The notes: generated by a model not told the origin, from the sequence alone. A DNA stretch of 64,000 nucleotides from a virus (IMGVR_UViG_3300029288_000097:32001-96000); one strand, 5' to 3'; positions 9,603 through 19,548 are shown, counted from the first letter of the stretch. A program made the numbers and translations.

Positions 9603-10425
9603 CGGTGAATCTTTTCACTTCGGTTACTCCAGGGCAGCCAAGTTCATGGAATGTCCTCATGCTTATGAGGAAACATATGTAAACGGCCATCGCACTCCAG
9701 GTGGCACAGCCATGCGCCGGGGAACTGCTTATCACGCCACACTTGAAGGATTACTTAACTTCAAGATAAACAGAAACGGTGAGCATTACCCCATAGAAAA
9801 GACAGAACGCTATGCATGGAAAAATGCACTCAAAGAAGATTTAGCTGAAGGAGAAGCTACACGTGTGGTGCAAGCTTCTCGTTTCTACCATAGCCGTATG
9901 TACCATCGACATAATCCGATAGCTGTAGAAGTTGACTTTGATTTCTGGAAGGATGATGTCAACTATACTGGCAAAATTGACCTTATCGAGTGGCAAGACG
10001 TAAAAGGTAAACGCAAGATATTTATACGTGACCATAAGTTCAGCTATGATACGTGGGCTGAATCCCGAGCAAAGTTTGGTGTGCAGCCTATTATTTATCA
10101 GTGGGCTTGGGAAGAGCAACTGAGCAAAGAGTATGCTGGTACTGAGTTTGACGGGCTTGAATATGGTGGTTTCAGCTATAATATAATTCGGCTGTTTCCT
10201 ACTCCTGTGATCCAAGACATCTTCATCAAGCCTTGCACTACAACGGCCTCAGCTTGGTGGAGTAAACAGTTGAAGATCATGGCCGAGTGTATCAAAAACG
10301 GTATATTCTTCGCTATTCCTGGCGATAAGAAATGCCAATACTGCGATCACAAGAAGCGATGCAGTCCGACTATTTACACTGTCAAGTCTACATTGATAGG
10401 CGACATAAGCGAGGATGAAGCATAA
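9493..10425 (+). CDS. PD-(D/E)XK (Cas4/RecB-like) exonuclease with an Fe-S Cys staple
   Basis: YS..AKFMECP, RGTAYH, TGKIDL, DHKF, QP..Y and CQYCDHKKRC. Confidence 0.88.
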   Translation: MTSKQSKSSSNVSTEETPGNPRVISHPEEEGFTLKINGESFHFGYSRAAKFMECPHAYEETYVNGHRTPGGTAMRRGTAYHATLEGLLNFKINRNGEHYPIEKTERYAWKNALKEDLAEGEATRVVQASRFYHSRMYHRHNPIAVEVDFDFWKDDVNYTGKIDLIEWQDVKGKRKIFIRDHKFSYDTWAESRAKFGVQPIIYQWAWEEQLSKEYAGTEFDGLEYGGFSYNIIRLFPTPVIQDIFIKPCTTTASAWWSKQLKIMAECIKNGIFFAIPGDKKCQYCDHKKRCSPTIYTVKSTLIGDISEDEA

Positions 10426-12383
10426 TGGAAAAGTTTCGATTGACTCCAACCTTTTTATCCAAGTACAAAGAACGCACTCCTCCATTTGGATTTGGTGGTC
10501 TGGGTGAACTGGTCTACTACCGCACTTATTCAAGAGTAAAAGCAGATGGCTCCAACGAGGATTGGACTGATACATGTCAGCGTGTAGTTGAGGGCTGCTA
10601 CAACATGCAAAAAGCTCATATCGAACAGTATAATCTTGGGTGGGATGGTAACAAAGCTCAATGCTCTGCCCAAGAGATGTTTGATCGAATGTGGACAATG
10701 AAGTTCTTACCTCCGGGTAGAGGCTTATGGGCTATGGGCTCTGCCATCACCGAAGAACGAGGATGCTTTGCTGCACTTAATAACTGTGCTTTTGTCAGTA
10801 CACGAGACCTGGCCTCAGATTTTGCTACGCCATTCTGTTTTCTTATGGATGCGTCTATGCTTGGCGTAGGAGTTGGTTTCGATACACTTGGTGCCAACCT
10901 TGTGACTCTAAAACAGCCACGCGAAGCAGTAGAGACATTTACTATCCCTGATTCACGTGAGGGATGGGTAGAATCTGTCTACAAGCTACTCCACAGCTAT
11001 GCTAAGGGTGGCCCTAGAGCTGAGTTTGACTACTCTCAGGTTCGTCCGGCAGGACTTCCCATCAAAGGTTTTGGTGGTATATCATCCGGCCCGGAGCCAC
11101 TGGCTGAACTACACGAAGAGATTAGACTTCTCTTGGATAGCTTTGTAGGAAAACATGTCAGTAAACGTGCCATTGTAGACATAATGAACCTGATAGGTAA
11201 ATGTGTCGTTGCTGGAAATGTCCGTCGAACCGCTGAGATGGCTATGGACTTCGATATGGACATCGAATACCTGATGTTGAAAGACTACAAAAAGAATCCT
11301 GATCGGGCAAAACATGGCTGGGCTTCAAATAACTCAGTGAATGTTTCAGTAGGAGAAGACTACAAGCTGGCTGCTAAGTTTACAGCAGAAAACGGAGAGC
11401 CTGGCTACCAATGGCTGGAAAATGCACAACAATTCTCACGCATGAATAATGGACCCGATGGTAAAGATCATCGAGCAGCCGGTGTAAATCCTTGTGGAGA
11501 GCAAACACTTGAATCCTACGAGCTTTGTTGCTTGGTAGAGACATTCCCTCATCGCTGTGAAAACTTATCCGACTATCAACGCACACTTAAGTTTGCCTAC
11601 CTCTACGCTAAAACAGTAACTCTGGGGCAAACACATTGGCCGGAAACCAATCGTATTCTTTTGCGGAATAGACGCATAGGATGTTCCATGTCCGGCATTG
11701 CACAGTTTATCACTGTCAATGGCATACATGAGCTGAAAAAGTGGTGTGAGGAAGGCTACAAGACTCTCCAGTATTACGATGATGTCTACAGTGATTGGCT
11801 GTGCATACCTCGGTCAATTAAGATCACCAGCATAAAGCCAAGTGGCACGGTAAGCTTATTGGCCGGAGCTACACCTGGTATGCACTATCCTGAAAGTCGC
11901 CATTATATTCGTAGAATACGTCTAGCAAAGTCAAGTCCATTAGTTCCTCCGCTGGTTAAAGCTGGCTACAAAGTCGAAACATGTATAGGGCAGGAAGAGT
12001 CCACCGTAGTGGTCGAAGTTCCAGTTCGTATCGAGGAAGAGATTCGCACTGTAAGTGAAGTAACCATGTGGGAGCAGTTGCACTTGGCCTCTTTTCTACA
12101 ACGTCATTGGGCAGATAATCAAGTATCTGTTACTGTTACGTTCAATCCTAAGACAGAGGGAGCCGAGATTGCAAACGCTCTGAACTATGTTCAGTATATG
12201 CTTAAGGGTGTATCATTCTTACCCTACAGTGTCGGAGCTTTCCCACAGATGCCTTACGAAAAAATTACTGAAGCACAGTACTTTGAGATGTCTGCTAAGC
12301 TGAAACAACTTGATTTCTCAGGCATCAATGACAATAAAGCTGACGTAGAACGATTCTGCGATGGCGATAAATGCGTGGTCTAG
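10425..12383 (+). CDS. nrdJ: Class II (adenosylcobalamin-dependent, monomeric type) ribonucleotide reductase
   Basis: YYRTYSR, FLPPGRGLW, LNNCAF, NPCGEQ, SIKPSGTVS and C-terminal CDGDKC. Confidence 0.95.
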   Translation: MEKFRLTPTFLSKYKERTPPFGFGGLGELVYYRTYSRVKADGSNEDWTDTCQRVVEGCYNMQKAHIEQYNLGWDGNKAQCSAQEMFDRMWTMKFLPPGRGLWAMGSAITEERGCFAALNNCAFVSTRDLASDFATPFCFLMDASMLGVGVGFDTLGANLVTLKQPREAVETFTIPDSREGWVESVYKLLHSYAKGGPRAEFDYSQVRPAGLPIKGFGGISSGPEPLAELHEEIRLLLDSFVGKHVSKRAIVDIMNLIGKCVVAGNVRRTAEMAMDFDMDIEYLMLKDYKKNPDRAKHGWASNNSVNVSVGEDYKLAAKFTAENGEPGYQWLENAQQFSRMNNGPDGKDHRAAGVNPCGEQTLESYELCCLVETFPHRCENLSDYQRTLKFAYLYAKTVTLGQTHWPETNRILLRNRRIGCSMSGIAQFITVNGIHELKKWCEEGYKTLQYYDDVYSDWLCIPRSIKITSIKPSGTVSLLAGATPGMHYPESRHYIRRIRLAKSSPLVPPLVKAGYKVETCIGQEESTVVVEVPVRIEEEIRTVSEVTMWEQLHLASFLQRHWADNQVSVTVTFNPKTEGAEIANALNYVQYMLKGVSFLPYSVGAFPQMPYEKITEAQYFEMSAKLKQLDFSGINDNKADVERFCDGDKCVV

Positions 12384-12392
12384 GAGGTATCA

Positions 12393-12953
12393 ATGCTGAT
12401 CGTAGGTATATGTGCTGATATGCAGCACGGTAAAGATACTGTAGCTCGAATGATGATAGAACTGGCAGCAGAACATAATGTTATTGCTGCCCGTCGAGCT
12501 ATGGCTGATCCTCTCAAAGAGGAGATCGCTGAATGTTTTGCTCCGATGTTGAATACGACCAGGGAAGAATTACTTCGTCAGATGAATACTACTGGTGAGA
12601 AAGAACGCTGGCGTCTTGTCATGCAATGGTGGGGCACAGAGTTCAGACGAACTGAAGATACACAGTACTGGGTTAAACGTATGTACGATTGGGTAACAGC
12701 TTTCCAAGGTGGTATTGTATGTATACCCGACATACGTTTTCAAAATGAAATTGATCTTGTAAAGCATTTTAGTGGCTATATGATTCGAGTCAATCGACCT
12801 GGATTCCCGGCTGATGATGCCCATGCATCTGAACAGGAATGGAAGCAGTTCAATGGCTGGGATCAGGTCATCGAGAATGATGGCACTGAAGAGGAGTTGA
12901 AAAATAAGCTGGTTGCAGTGTATACTCTACTTGAGGGTAGAGGCCAGTTCTGA
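12393..12953 (+). CDS. Deoxynucleoside monophosphate kinase
   Basis: GI....HGKDT, ADPLK, MQWWGTE, DIRFQNE and HASE motifs. Confidence 0.9.
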   Translation: MLIVGICADMQHGKDTVARMMIELAAEHNVIAARRAMADPLKEEIAECFAPMLNTTREELLRQMNTTGEKERWRLVMQWWGTEFRRTEDTQYWVKRMYDWVTAFQGGIVCIPDIRFQNEIDLVKHFSGYMIRVNRPGFPADDAHASEQEWKQFNGWDQVIENDGTEEELKNKLVAVYTLLEGRGQF

Positions 12954-13375
12954 TGTATGCGATCTTGCCGTACAACACCTTCATATGGGCTGGTGAATGC
13001 TATCCTGAGTATCTATCAGTCGGAGCCGAGGTAACTGGGTATCACTATAATGACAAACGCATTGTTCGATTCCCCATTACCAAAATAGAACGTCTTGAAC
13101 CTACACGATTGATCCAGTTGAAGTTTACTGATCCGAAGCTTAAGATACAGCGTTTCAGTGGCTTAACGAAAGTCCTGACTGTAGGAGGACCAACTGAGTG
13201 TTACAAAGCTCCGTATTTGATTGGTGTATGCCAGAATAATCCAAGACAACTTATGATGTTCAACGTAATGGAACTGACTGAGTTGACCGAGGAAGTACCG
13301 GTACTCAGGTTAGAATGGGAAGACCAGAACTACTTCTTATGGGCAGAAGGTGTACTTGTTGGGAGCCTTAAGTAG
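12953..13375 (+). CDS. Stand-alone Hint (intein-like) domain protein with catalytic residues replaced
   Basis: Follows the mini-intein pattern along its length (ILPYNTFI, LSVGAEVTGY, RFSGLTKVLT, VPVLRLEWE..NYFLWAEGVLVGS) but lacks Cys/Ser1, the block-B His and terminal His-Asn. Confidence 0.7.
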   Translation: MYAILPYNTFIWAGECYPEYLSVGAEVTGYHYNDKRIVRFPITKIERLEPTRLIQLKFTDPKLKIQRFSGLTKVLTVGGPTECYKAPYLIGVCQNNPRQLMMFNVMELTELTEEVPVLRLEWEDQNYFLWAEGVLVGSLK

Positions 13376-14972
13376 CAAAATAATAGTTGATAAGCTTATC
13401 AACTTATTCATAAATAACCCGGAAAATGGTAGAAAGATCGCGCAAAGTTTTGGGCTATGGGAGACTTTGCGCGATACTGTATTAAAGCCAATCCACCTGG
13501 CTTTATGCCGGAAAAATGTAAACTGGTTCATCGAGTATATCAGTCAAGATACCGAAACACAGGCTTACATTATTCAGCAGGGATTCCATAAAGAGTGGCA
13601 AGCTCTCATCTCTCTTTATGATCGTGTTCTTATTGCGGCTCCCAGAGGTCATGGAAAGTCTGTCCAGAACATTGGTAGGATCATCTGGGAACTCGGACGT
13701 AACCACAACATTCGTATCAAAATTATAGGAAGTTCTGACGATAAAGCTAAAGAAATCTTGGGCCTGGCACGTGAACTTATATCGAAGTCAGAGCGTGTGC
13801 ATGAAGTATTCCCTGATTTAGTTATCAATACAGAGCGTGGTGACACGCAGACCAAGTTCTTTGTTGTGCGTGATATTCCTTCCCGAGACCCGTCTGTAGA
13901 AGCATCTGGTGTGCTTTCCACTGGTGCTGGTGGCCGTGCTGACTTACTACTCTGTGACGACGTTGTAGACCTTAAAAACTCGGTTATTAACCCGGCACAA
14001 CGCGAACAGGTTATCAAGGCAATCAAAGAGACATGGTTCTCCCTGGTATCATCAACTGGTAAGATCGTATGGATTTGTACTCCTTACCATATTGCTGATG
14101 CTACTCATAACCTAAAAGATACTGGTGCATTCAAAGTTTGGTGGACACCAGCTATTCGATATGAGAAGCATTACGATGATACGGGTAATCTAATTCTTGA
14201 CGATGAAACAGGACAGGCTAAGGTCACAAAGATTATTCTGTGGCCGGACAAATGGTCCGAAGAAAAGCTTGAAGCTCGTAGACAAGAACTTGGCACTCGT
14301 GTATTTACTCGTCAGTATTTGCTTAATGCGATGTCTGATGAAGAACGAACCTTCCCGGAAACTGCTCTTGAGCGAAGTTTTGATAGTCTGCTCGCCGATA
14401 TAGGCGATGGTGTAAAGGAAGACTGGCCGACATTTGGTGGGTGTGACTTGGCTTCAGCCCTGGGTAAAAAGAACGCATTCTCTGTCATATGGACTATCGC
14501 AAAGAACCCAAATGATGGTAGACTGTATTTGAAAGAAATCTGGAGACGTAGAGCCCAATTCAATGACATCATGGCCGAACTAAAACGGCAGTGTAAAGTT
14601 CATCGCTGGAGACTGGCTTACGTTGAAAATAACTCATTCCAGCAGGCAGTTGTAGATGCTCTTGAAGCCGAGGATAAGTCTTTACCTATCAAAGGATTTA
14701 CAACTGGAGCTTATAACAAAAAGCACGAAGAGATCGGACTACCCGGTCTTAGTATAGCGTTTGAGAAAAAGAACTTTGCTCTTCCGGCAGCCAAGTTCCC
14801 CTTATCGCCAGATGACACAAGCTCTCTTGCGATTTTTATGGGAGAACTTCGTGCACATCCAGGAGGCGAGTTCTCCGATACTATTATGGCTCTATGGTTT
14901 GCTTATCGAGCTGCCATCGAATGTGGTAGTGATTTTGAGGACGCTTATATCGATGCAATAGCAGCAGCTTGA
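13350..14972 (+). CDS. terL: Terminase large subunit
   Basis: APRGHGKS Walker A, GGRADLLLCDD, ICTPYH, GGCDLA, YVENN and SDTIMALW motifs; start is GTG 13350 or TTG 13356/13359. Confidence 0.95.
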   Translation: MYLLGALSSKIIVDKLINLFINNPENGRKIAQSFGLWETLRDTVLKPIHLALCRKNVNWFIEYISQDTETQAYIIQQGFHKEWQALISLYDRVLIAAPRGHGKSVQNIGRIIWELGRNHNIRIKIIGSSDDKAKEILGLARELISKSERVHEVFPDLVINTERGDTQTKFFVVRDIPSRDPSVEASGVLSTGAGGRADLLLCDDVVDLKNSVINPAQREQVIKAIKETWFSLVSSTGKIVWICTPYHIADATHNLKDTGAFKVWWTPAIRYEKHYDDTGNLILDDETGQAKVTKIILWPDKWSEEKLEARRQELGTRVFTRQYLLNAMSDEERTFPETALERSFDSLLADIGDGVKEDWPTFGGCDLASALGKKNAFSVIWTIAKNPNDGRLYLKEIWRRRAQFNDIMAELKRQCKVHRWRLAYVENNSFQQAVVDALEAEDKSLPIKGFTTGAYNKKHEEIGLPGLSIAFEKKNFALPAAKFPLSPDDTSSLAIFMGELRAHPGGEFSDTIMALWFAYRAAIECGSDFEDAYIDAIAAA

Positions 14973-15012
14973 CATGCATTTTACTGGGCCATTGTGATAT
15001 ACTGAGGACAGC

Positions 15013-16794
15013 ATGGGAATCTTCAATTTTGCAGATAACGGAAAACGGGAACCAGCAGCCCCATGGACACGTAAAGTGGGTAAGATGGTTGCACGCCTAT
15101 TCGATATAGACTTAGGCTCTCAGCCCGTGCCACGTATAAATGACAGAGAAACTTTCACTGAGGCCGGAGTAGATGTTGGCACATCGGTTATATCGGCTGA
15201 TCTATGGAAAGTTTATAATGATCGCAAGAGCGTTTGGAAAGACATCGAAGAGATGGATCATAATTGTGAGATCACATCTACAGCTCTTGACATAGTAGCC
15301 GACTGTAGTGTTTCATACTCGGATGACGCCTCTAACGTAATCTTCCAAGTCAGTTCGGACAATGCTGAAGCCCAAAAGATACTCCGGGATTGTGCACAGC
15401 GTCTACATATCGAACGTGAGATATGGCAGCTGGCACGTAATGCGTTCAAGCATGGTAACGAGTTCCGTGAGCTAATTCTCGACCGAACTGTATCACCTTA
15501 TCGAATCAAGTCTCTCAAACAGACTGTTTCATACCATATATGGCCGAAGACAAATGACCATGGCGATAAGATTCCTGGCTGGGTTGTAGTTACTGACAAA
15601 GATGTCACTATGACTGGAGGTAAAGAGCTAGAAGAATGGCAGATTGTGCCATTCCTTTATGGCGATATTGCCGGGACTTTGGCTGTTCCTCCACTGGCAT
15701 CTGCTCGTAAAAACTGGATGCGTTTGGCGACAATGGAAGACAACATGGTCGTCAACCGTCTTACACGTAATGATCGCATTGTACATCGTGTTCCTGTCAA
15801 AGACTCCTGGACCAACAATGAGATCATGAGCACGATTAAGCGTTACAAAGATGCCATTACAAAAAGACGTTTAGTCAGTAGTGAAGGCTCAGTCACTAAT
15901 GTTGATAACCCTCTGACAGCTGATTCCGACTTTTATGTGCCTGACGATGGATCAGGTAAAGGTGGAGTCTCCATGCTGTCACCTAATAATGCACAGCTTG
16001 GCAACCTGAACGATGTCTATTATCATCGTGAGCGATTGATTATCAGGCTTAAGGTGCCAATGTCTTATCTGCAGATCATGTCGAGTCAGAAAACTCACTT
16101 GACAGCAGGTAAAGGTGCTTCCAACGTTGAACTTCAGTTTGCTCGAACTTTACGTATGTTGCAAGGTTCCATTAAAGATGGTTTGCGCCGAGTATTCGAT
16201 ATTGAATTGATGTTGCATGGCATTGCTCCAACACCTGATCTATATACTATCGATATGACCAAGATCAATACATCTGATCTCCAGAGTGATGCTCAGATCG
16301 AATTGACCTATGCACAGGCAGCAGTATACTTTATCGAAGCGTTTGGTGGAGCACTACCACCAGAGCTACTGGCATCCAAGTATATGCGCCTGACAAAAGA
16401 ACAGCAAGCTTTAATGGACAAGTTCCTTGAAGCAGACGCCAAGCGTATATGGAAAGCCAAAGTAAAAAGTATAGAGGCCGGAGCCAAAGCAGTTGAAGCC
16501 AAGTCTCAATTGATAAAAGACCGCACGCCAGGAGATGATCCTACAGGTAGCGGCAATCAGAACAAGTCTCTTGCTTCCAGGTCTACTGAGCAAAAAGGCA
16601 CAAAATCAGCTCCATCGCAAGGTGTTGATCTTGAGGATGTAGTAGACCTGTTTGCAGTATTTTATGACGGGATCGCTGACAAACTTCGGAAAGAAGGCCA
16701 GGATATTCCGGTTTTCTCTGAGGCAGACCGCGAAGAAATCAGGCAATCAATCCTGGAGCGGGTAACTGAGGATGGAGAACTTAGCATATCCTGA
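15013..16794 (+). CDS. Portal protein, T4 gp20-like
   Basis: Follows TerL; EITSTALDIVAD, L.TMED.MVV.RLTR, DFYVP, DVYY....L...LKVP.SYL and ELQFAR motifs; extended -10 TGTGATATACT upstream. Confidence 0.9.
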   Translation: MGIFNFADNGKREPAAPWTRKVGKMVARLFDIDLGSQPVPRINDRETFTEAGVDVGTSVISADLWKVYNDRKSVWKDIEEMDHNCEITSTALDIVADCSVSYSDDASNVIFQVSSDNAEAQKILRDCAQRLHIEREIWQLARNAFKHGNEFRELILDRTVSPYRIKSLKQTVSYHIWPKTNDHGDKIPGWVVVTDKDVTMTGGKELEEWQIVPFLYGDIAGTLAVPPLASARKNWMRLATMEDNMVVNRLTRNDRIVHRVPVKDSWTNNEIMSTIKRYKDAITKRRLVSSEGSVTNVDNPLTADSDFYVPDDGSGKGGVSMLSPNNAQLGNLNDVYYHRERLIIRLKVPMSYLQIMSSQKTHLTAGKGASNVELQFARTLRMLQGSIKDGLRRVFDIELMLHGIAPTPDLYTIDMTKINTSDLQSDAQIELTYAQAAVYFIEAFGGALPPELLASKYMRLTKEQQALMDKFLEADAKRIWKAKVKSIEAGAKAVEAKSQLIKDRTPGDDPTGSGNQNKSLASRSTEQKGTKSAPSQGVDLEDVVDLFAVFYDGIADKLRKEGQDIPVFSEADREEIRQSILERVTEDGELSIS

Positions 16795-17041
16795 CGAAGA
16801 GCTTAGAGCCAAAATTAGGTATCAGAATCCTATGGCTCAACTTCTTGAAGGCTATGATGAAGCTATAATCGGCACTGTAGAAATGTTTGGGCGACCACCC
16901 GTTGTTTGCTATGATAAAAGACTCCTCATGGATTTACTTATCGAAAATGGAGAGGATGGTCGGGAAGATATTGAACATCTCTTGAGTGCTGCTGATGAAG
17001 ATGCTCCAGTTTTCCTAACCCGTATGACTGTAAATGATTGA
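16772..17041 (+). CDS. Conserved small phage protein
   Basis: LEGYDEAIIG...VVCYD motif seen in phage hypothetical proteins. Confidence 0.65.
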   Translation: MENLAYPDEELRAKIRYQNPMAQLLEGYDEAIIGTVEMFGRPPVVCYDKRLLMDLLIENGEDGREDIEHLLSAADEDAPVFLTRMTVND

Positions 17042-17819
17042 CATTATATGCACAGACTGTGTGAAAGCCCTCTCTGAGTTGAAACCAAACTCACTCGATG
17101 TAATTGTGACCTCGCCACCCTACAATCTTGGAATCAAGTATGATTGCACTTACGATGATGCTATGAGCCGTGAAGACTACTTATTCTGGTTCGTAGATGT
17201 GGCCCACGCTATGTATACCGCTTTAAGCGACCAAGGCTCTCTTTTCCTGAACATTGGCTCAAAACCCACTGATCCTATGGTGCCATTCGATGTGCTTCAG
17301 GTGCTCACTCGAATGTTTAAGCTTCAGAATACGATCCATTGGGTAAAATCCATATCGATAAATGAGCAGAGCACGGGGCACTATAAACCGATCAATAGTG
17401 ATCGTTTCATAAATGATTGCCATGAGTATGTGTTTCATCTTACCAAGACTGGTAATGTAAAAGTAGATCGTCTTGCTATTGGAGTCCCTTATGCAGACGA
17501 GACCAATATAAAACGTTGGTCAGGTAAACAGAATGTTCGTTGTCGGGGCAATGCATGGTTCATACCTTACAATACCATCCAGAGCCGCGATAATGATAGA
17601 CCACACCCTGCCACTTTCCCGGTCGAATTACCCGAGATGTGTTTCAAACTTCACGGGATAGATCGGATTACGTGGGCCTGTGATCCATTCGTGGGCATAG
17701 GCAGTAGTGCCATAGCCGCACAAAGATTGGGTATTCCAAACTTTATCGGCATGGATTTATCTCCAACTTATTGTAGGAGGGCAAAAGACATGTTGAAGGA
17801 GGATGCAGATGCGGGCTAG
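17034..17819 (+). CDS. DNA amino-methyltransferase (N4-C/N6-A, beta class)
   Basis: VTSPPY, HPATFP and DPFVGIGSS motifs. Confidence 0.93.
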   Translation: MIDIICTDCVKALSELKPNSLDVIVTSPPYNLGIKYDCTYDDAMSREDYLFWFVDVAHAMYTALSDQGSLFLNIGSKPTDPMVPFDVLQVLTRMFKLQNTIHWVKSISINEQSTGHYKPINSDRFINDCHEYVFHLTKTGNVKVDRLAIGVPYADETNIKRWSGKQNVRCRGNAWFIPYNTIQSRDNDRPHPATFPVELPEMCFKLHGIDRITWACDPFVGIGSSAIAAQRLGIPNFIGMDLSPTYCRRAKDMLKEDADAG

Positions 17820-18240
17820 AATCGTTTTGTTCAGCACGATCATCCTGCTCCTCGCCGTGTGTCTATCGGCGATGGCTGATGGCACTACCGCTGTATGGCG
17901 GGACAACGGCTGGGATGTGACAACTACGCTTACTCATCCCGGAACCCTCGCAGGCACAGAGATCACACTAACTGGCAGTGCGACCTACTATGACTATGCG
18001 GGTAACGTATATGAGAGCGAAGCCGAACCTTTGGTCTTGACCGTGGGAGAATCTACCATTAAACGTGAATGGGTGTCAGATGAGACACTTCCCTCATGGG
18101 CACAGATCGATGCAGCTGCAACAACAGGTCCGGGTGGTTGTGAAATCTTAGCAGACGGCAAGTTTCGCACATGGGTTGAAGTCGCAAATAACGGAACTTC
18201 GGTTACACTTACATGCCGAGTCCGTTATCATCCACCTTGA
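17809..18240 (+). CDS. Secreted beta-rich protein with a signal peptide; possible TGA read-through to 18327
   Basis: MRARIVLFSTIILLLAVCLSAMA-DG signal; GAAGGAGG RBS. Confidence 0.75.
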   Translation: MRARIVLFSTIILLLAVCLSAMADGTTAVWRDNGWDVTTTLTHPGTLAGTEITLTGSATYYDYAGNVYESEAEPLVLTVGESTIKREWVSDETLPSWAQIDAAATTGPGGCEILADGKFRTWVEVANNGTSVTLTCRVRYHPP

Positions 18241-18330
18241 AGTGAAACTACGGCTGTGACTACTGCTGACACTACAACTACCACTGTAGACACGGAAGCG
18301 CAAGTATCGCTGCCACAAGTAGAGTAAACC

Positions 18331-18372
18331 AGAAAGTCCCCTCAGCTTTATACCCAGCCGAGGGGACTTTCT
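18331..18372. terminator. Intrinsic terminator hairpin
   Basis: AGAAAGTCCCCTC/GAGGGGACTTTCT inverted repeat. Confidence 0.8.
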
Positions 18373-18376
18373 GCAA

Positions 18377-18423
18377 AACAGGTATATATACCAGTTGCAT
18401 TTGGTTAGCTAATCAATTATACT
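18377..18423 (+). promoter_or_regulatory. Promoter with a palindromic site abutting the -35 box
   Basis: AACAGGTA-TATA-TACCAGTT 18377-18396; TTGCAT 18395-18400; 17-bp spacer; TATACT 18418-18423. Confidence 0.8.
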
Positions 18424-18463
18424 CATAGTGTGAGTAACAAAACTTAGACGGGAGGCATCATAG

Positions 18464-19486
18464 ATGGCAGTAGAAACGACAATGAAAGGTAGAGTAAGTT
18501 CTCAATTCGTTCAGAAGGGGGACGTAGGTCATATCTATGGGGGAGTTGAGATCACTGGCAAAGTCACAGCTGAGGAAGCTCTGGTTTTAGCTGGAGCCAA
18601 CTTTGAAGTAGCACAATGTGCCGCTCGTATGGGCGATAGAGATAGAACCAAAATTGATAATCTGTTCCACAATTTCAGAACGGATGTCTCCGGCCCCGAG
18701 AAATATCTTGGCACAGTCAAGGGTGATTACCATGTCATCCAGAATGAACGTGCATTTGCATGGATCGATGAATTGATTGGAGATCGTACAGCATGCACCA
18801 TCACTTCTGCCGGTACACTTTATGGTGGACGATGTGTTTGGGTGTGCATTGATCTTGGTGGCTACGAGGTGCTTCCTGATGATGAAGTCCGGCACCATTT
18901 GCTAATCGTCAATTCGCATGATGGCAGCTCCAATATGATCTTCCAGCTACTTGATAAGCGTGTAGTGTGCCAGAATGTCATATCTGTAACTGGTGGCGTA
19001 CACGGTTCAAGTGAACCACTGAAGATTCGACATACACGGCTGGCTGAAATCCGAATGGAAGATGTGCAGCAGGCTATCGAGTTAGCCGATACACACTTCA
19101 AAGAGGCCGAGGAAGCTATGAAGCACATGGCCCGTGTGTCTATCGATGAAGATGAACAAGACTTGCTTATATATGCTGGCTTGGGCGTATCAAAGAAGCA
19201 ACTACGAATGCTCAGCGCGGGTAAGTTTACCAAGTATCCTCAGTGGGTAAATCAGGCAACGTTGGTCAAGGCTGCTGTTTTACAGGGGCCGGGAGCTGAG
19301 TATGCACAGGGCACAGTATGGGGTGTGCTTAATGGCTTCACTTACTACTACGACCACATGAGACACGTCCGTAACTCCGATACGCGCCCGGATGTGGCAG
19401 TAGAGCAAAAGATTCTTCGCGGGAAAGGTGTTCGGGGTAAGAAGCTGGCATTTGAAGCTTGTTTGAGCTTCTGTAACCGGAACTGA
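18464..19486 (+). CDS. DUF932/DUF945 family phage/plasmid protein
   Basis: LG.V...Y..IQN..AF, SAG.L.GG, NSHDGSS, RVVCQN, IRHT and GTVWG.LNG.T.Y.DH motifs. Confidence 0.88.
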   Translation: MAVETTMKGRVSSQFVQKGDVGHIYGGVEITGKVTAEEALVLAGANFEVAQCAARMGDRDRTKIDNLFHNFRTDVSGPEKYLGTVKGDYHVIQNERAFAWIDELIGDRTACTITSAGTLYGGRCVWVCIDLGGYEVLPDDEVRHHLLIVNSHDGSSNMIFQLLDKRVVCQNVISVTGGVHGSSEPLKIRHTRLAEIRMEDVQQAIELADTHFKEAEEAMKHMARVSIDEDEQDLLIYAGLGVSKKQLRMLSAGKFTKYPQWVNQATLVKAAVLQGPGAEYAQGTVWGVLNGFTYYYDHMRHVRNSDTRPDVAVEQKILRGKGVRGKKLAFEACLSFCNRN

Positions 19487-19513
19487 CACAACTAAATAAC
19501 GAAAAATATAGGT

Positions 19514-19548
19514 AAAACAGCTGTCAGACTACCTCTGGCAGCTGTTTT
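19514..19548. terminator. Intrinsic terminator (probably bidirectional)
   Basis: AAAACAGCTGTCAG/CTGGCAGCTGTTTT. Confidence 0.8.

Noticed and set aside
9493-10425. cas4 as part of a CRISPR-Cas locus
   Set aside because: No other cas genes or array; solo Cas4-like nucleases are common in phage replication modules
12953-13375. Active or split intein that splices into TerL
   Set aside because: All nucleophile and His/Asn residues are missing, there is no extein, and TerL motifs are complete without it
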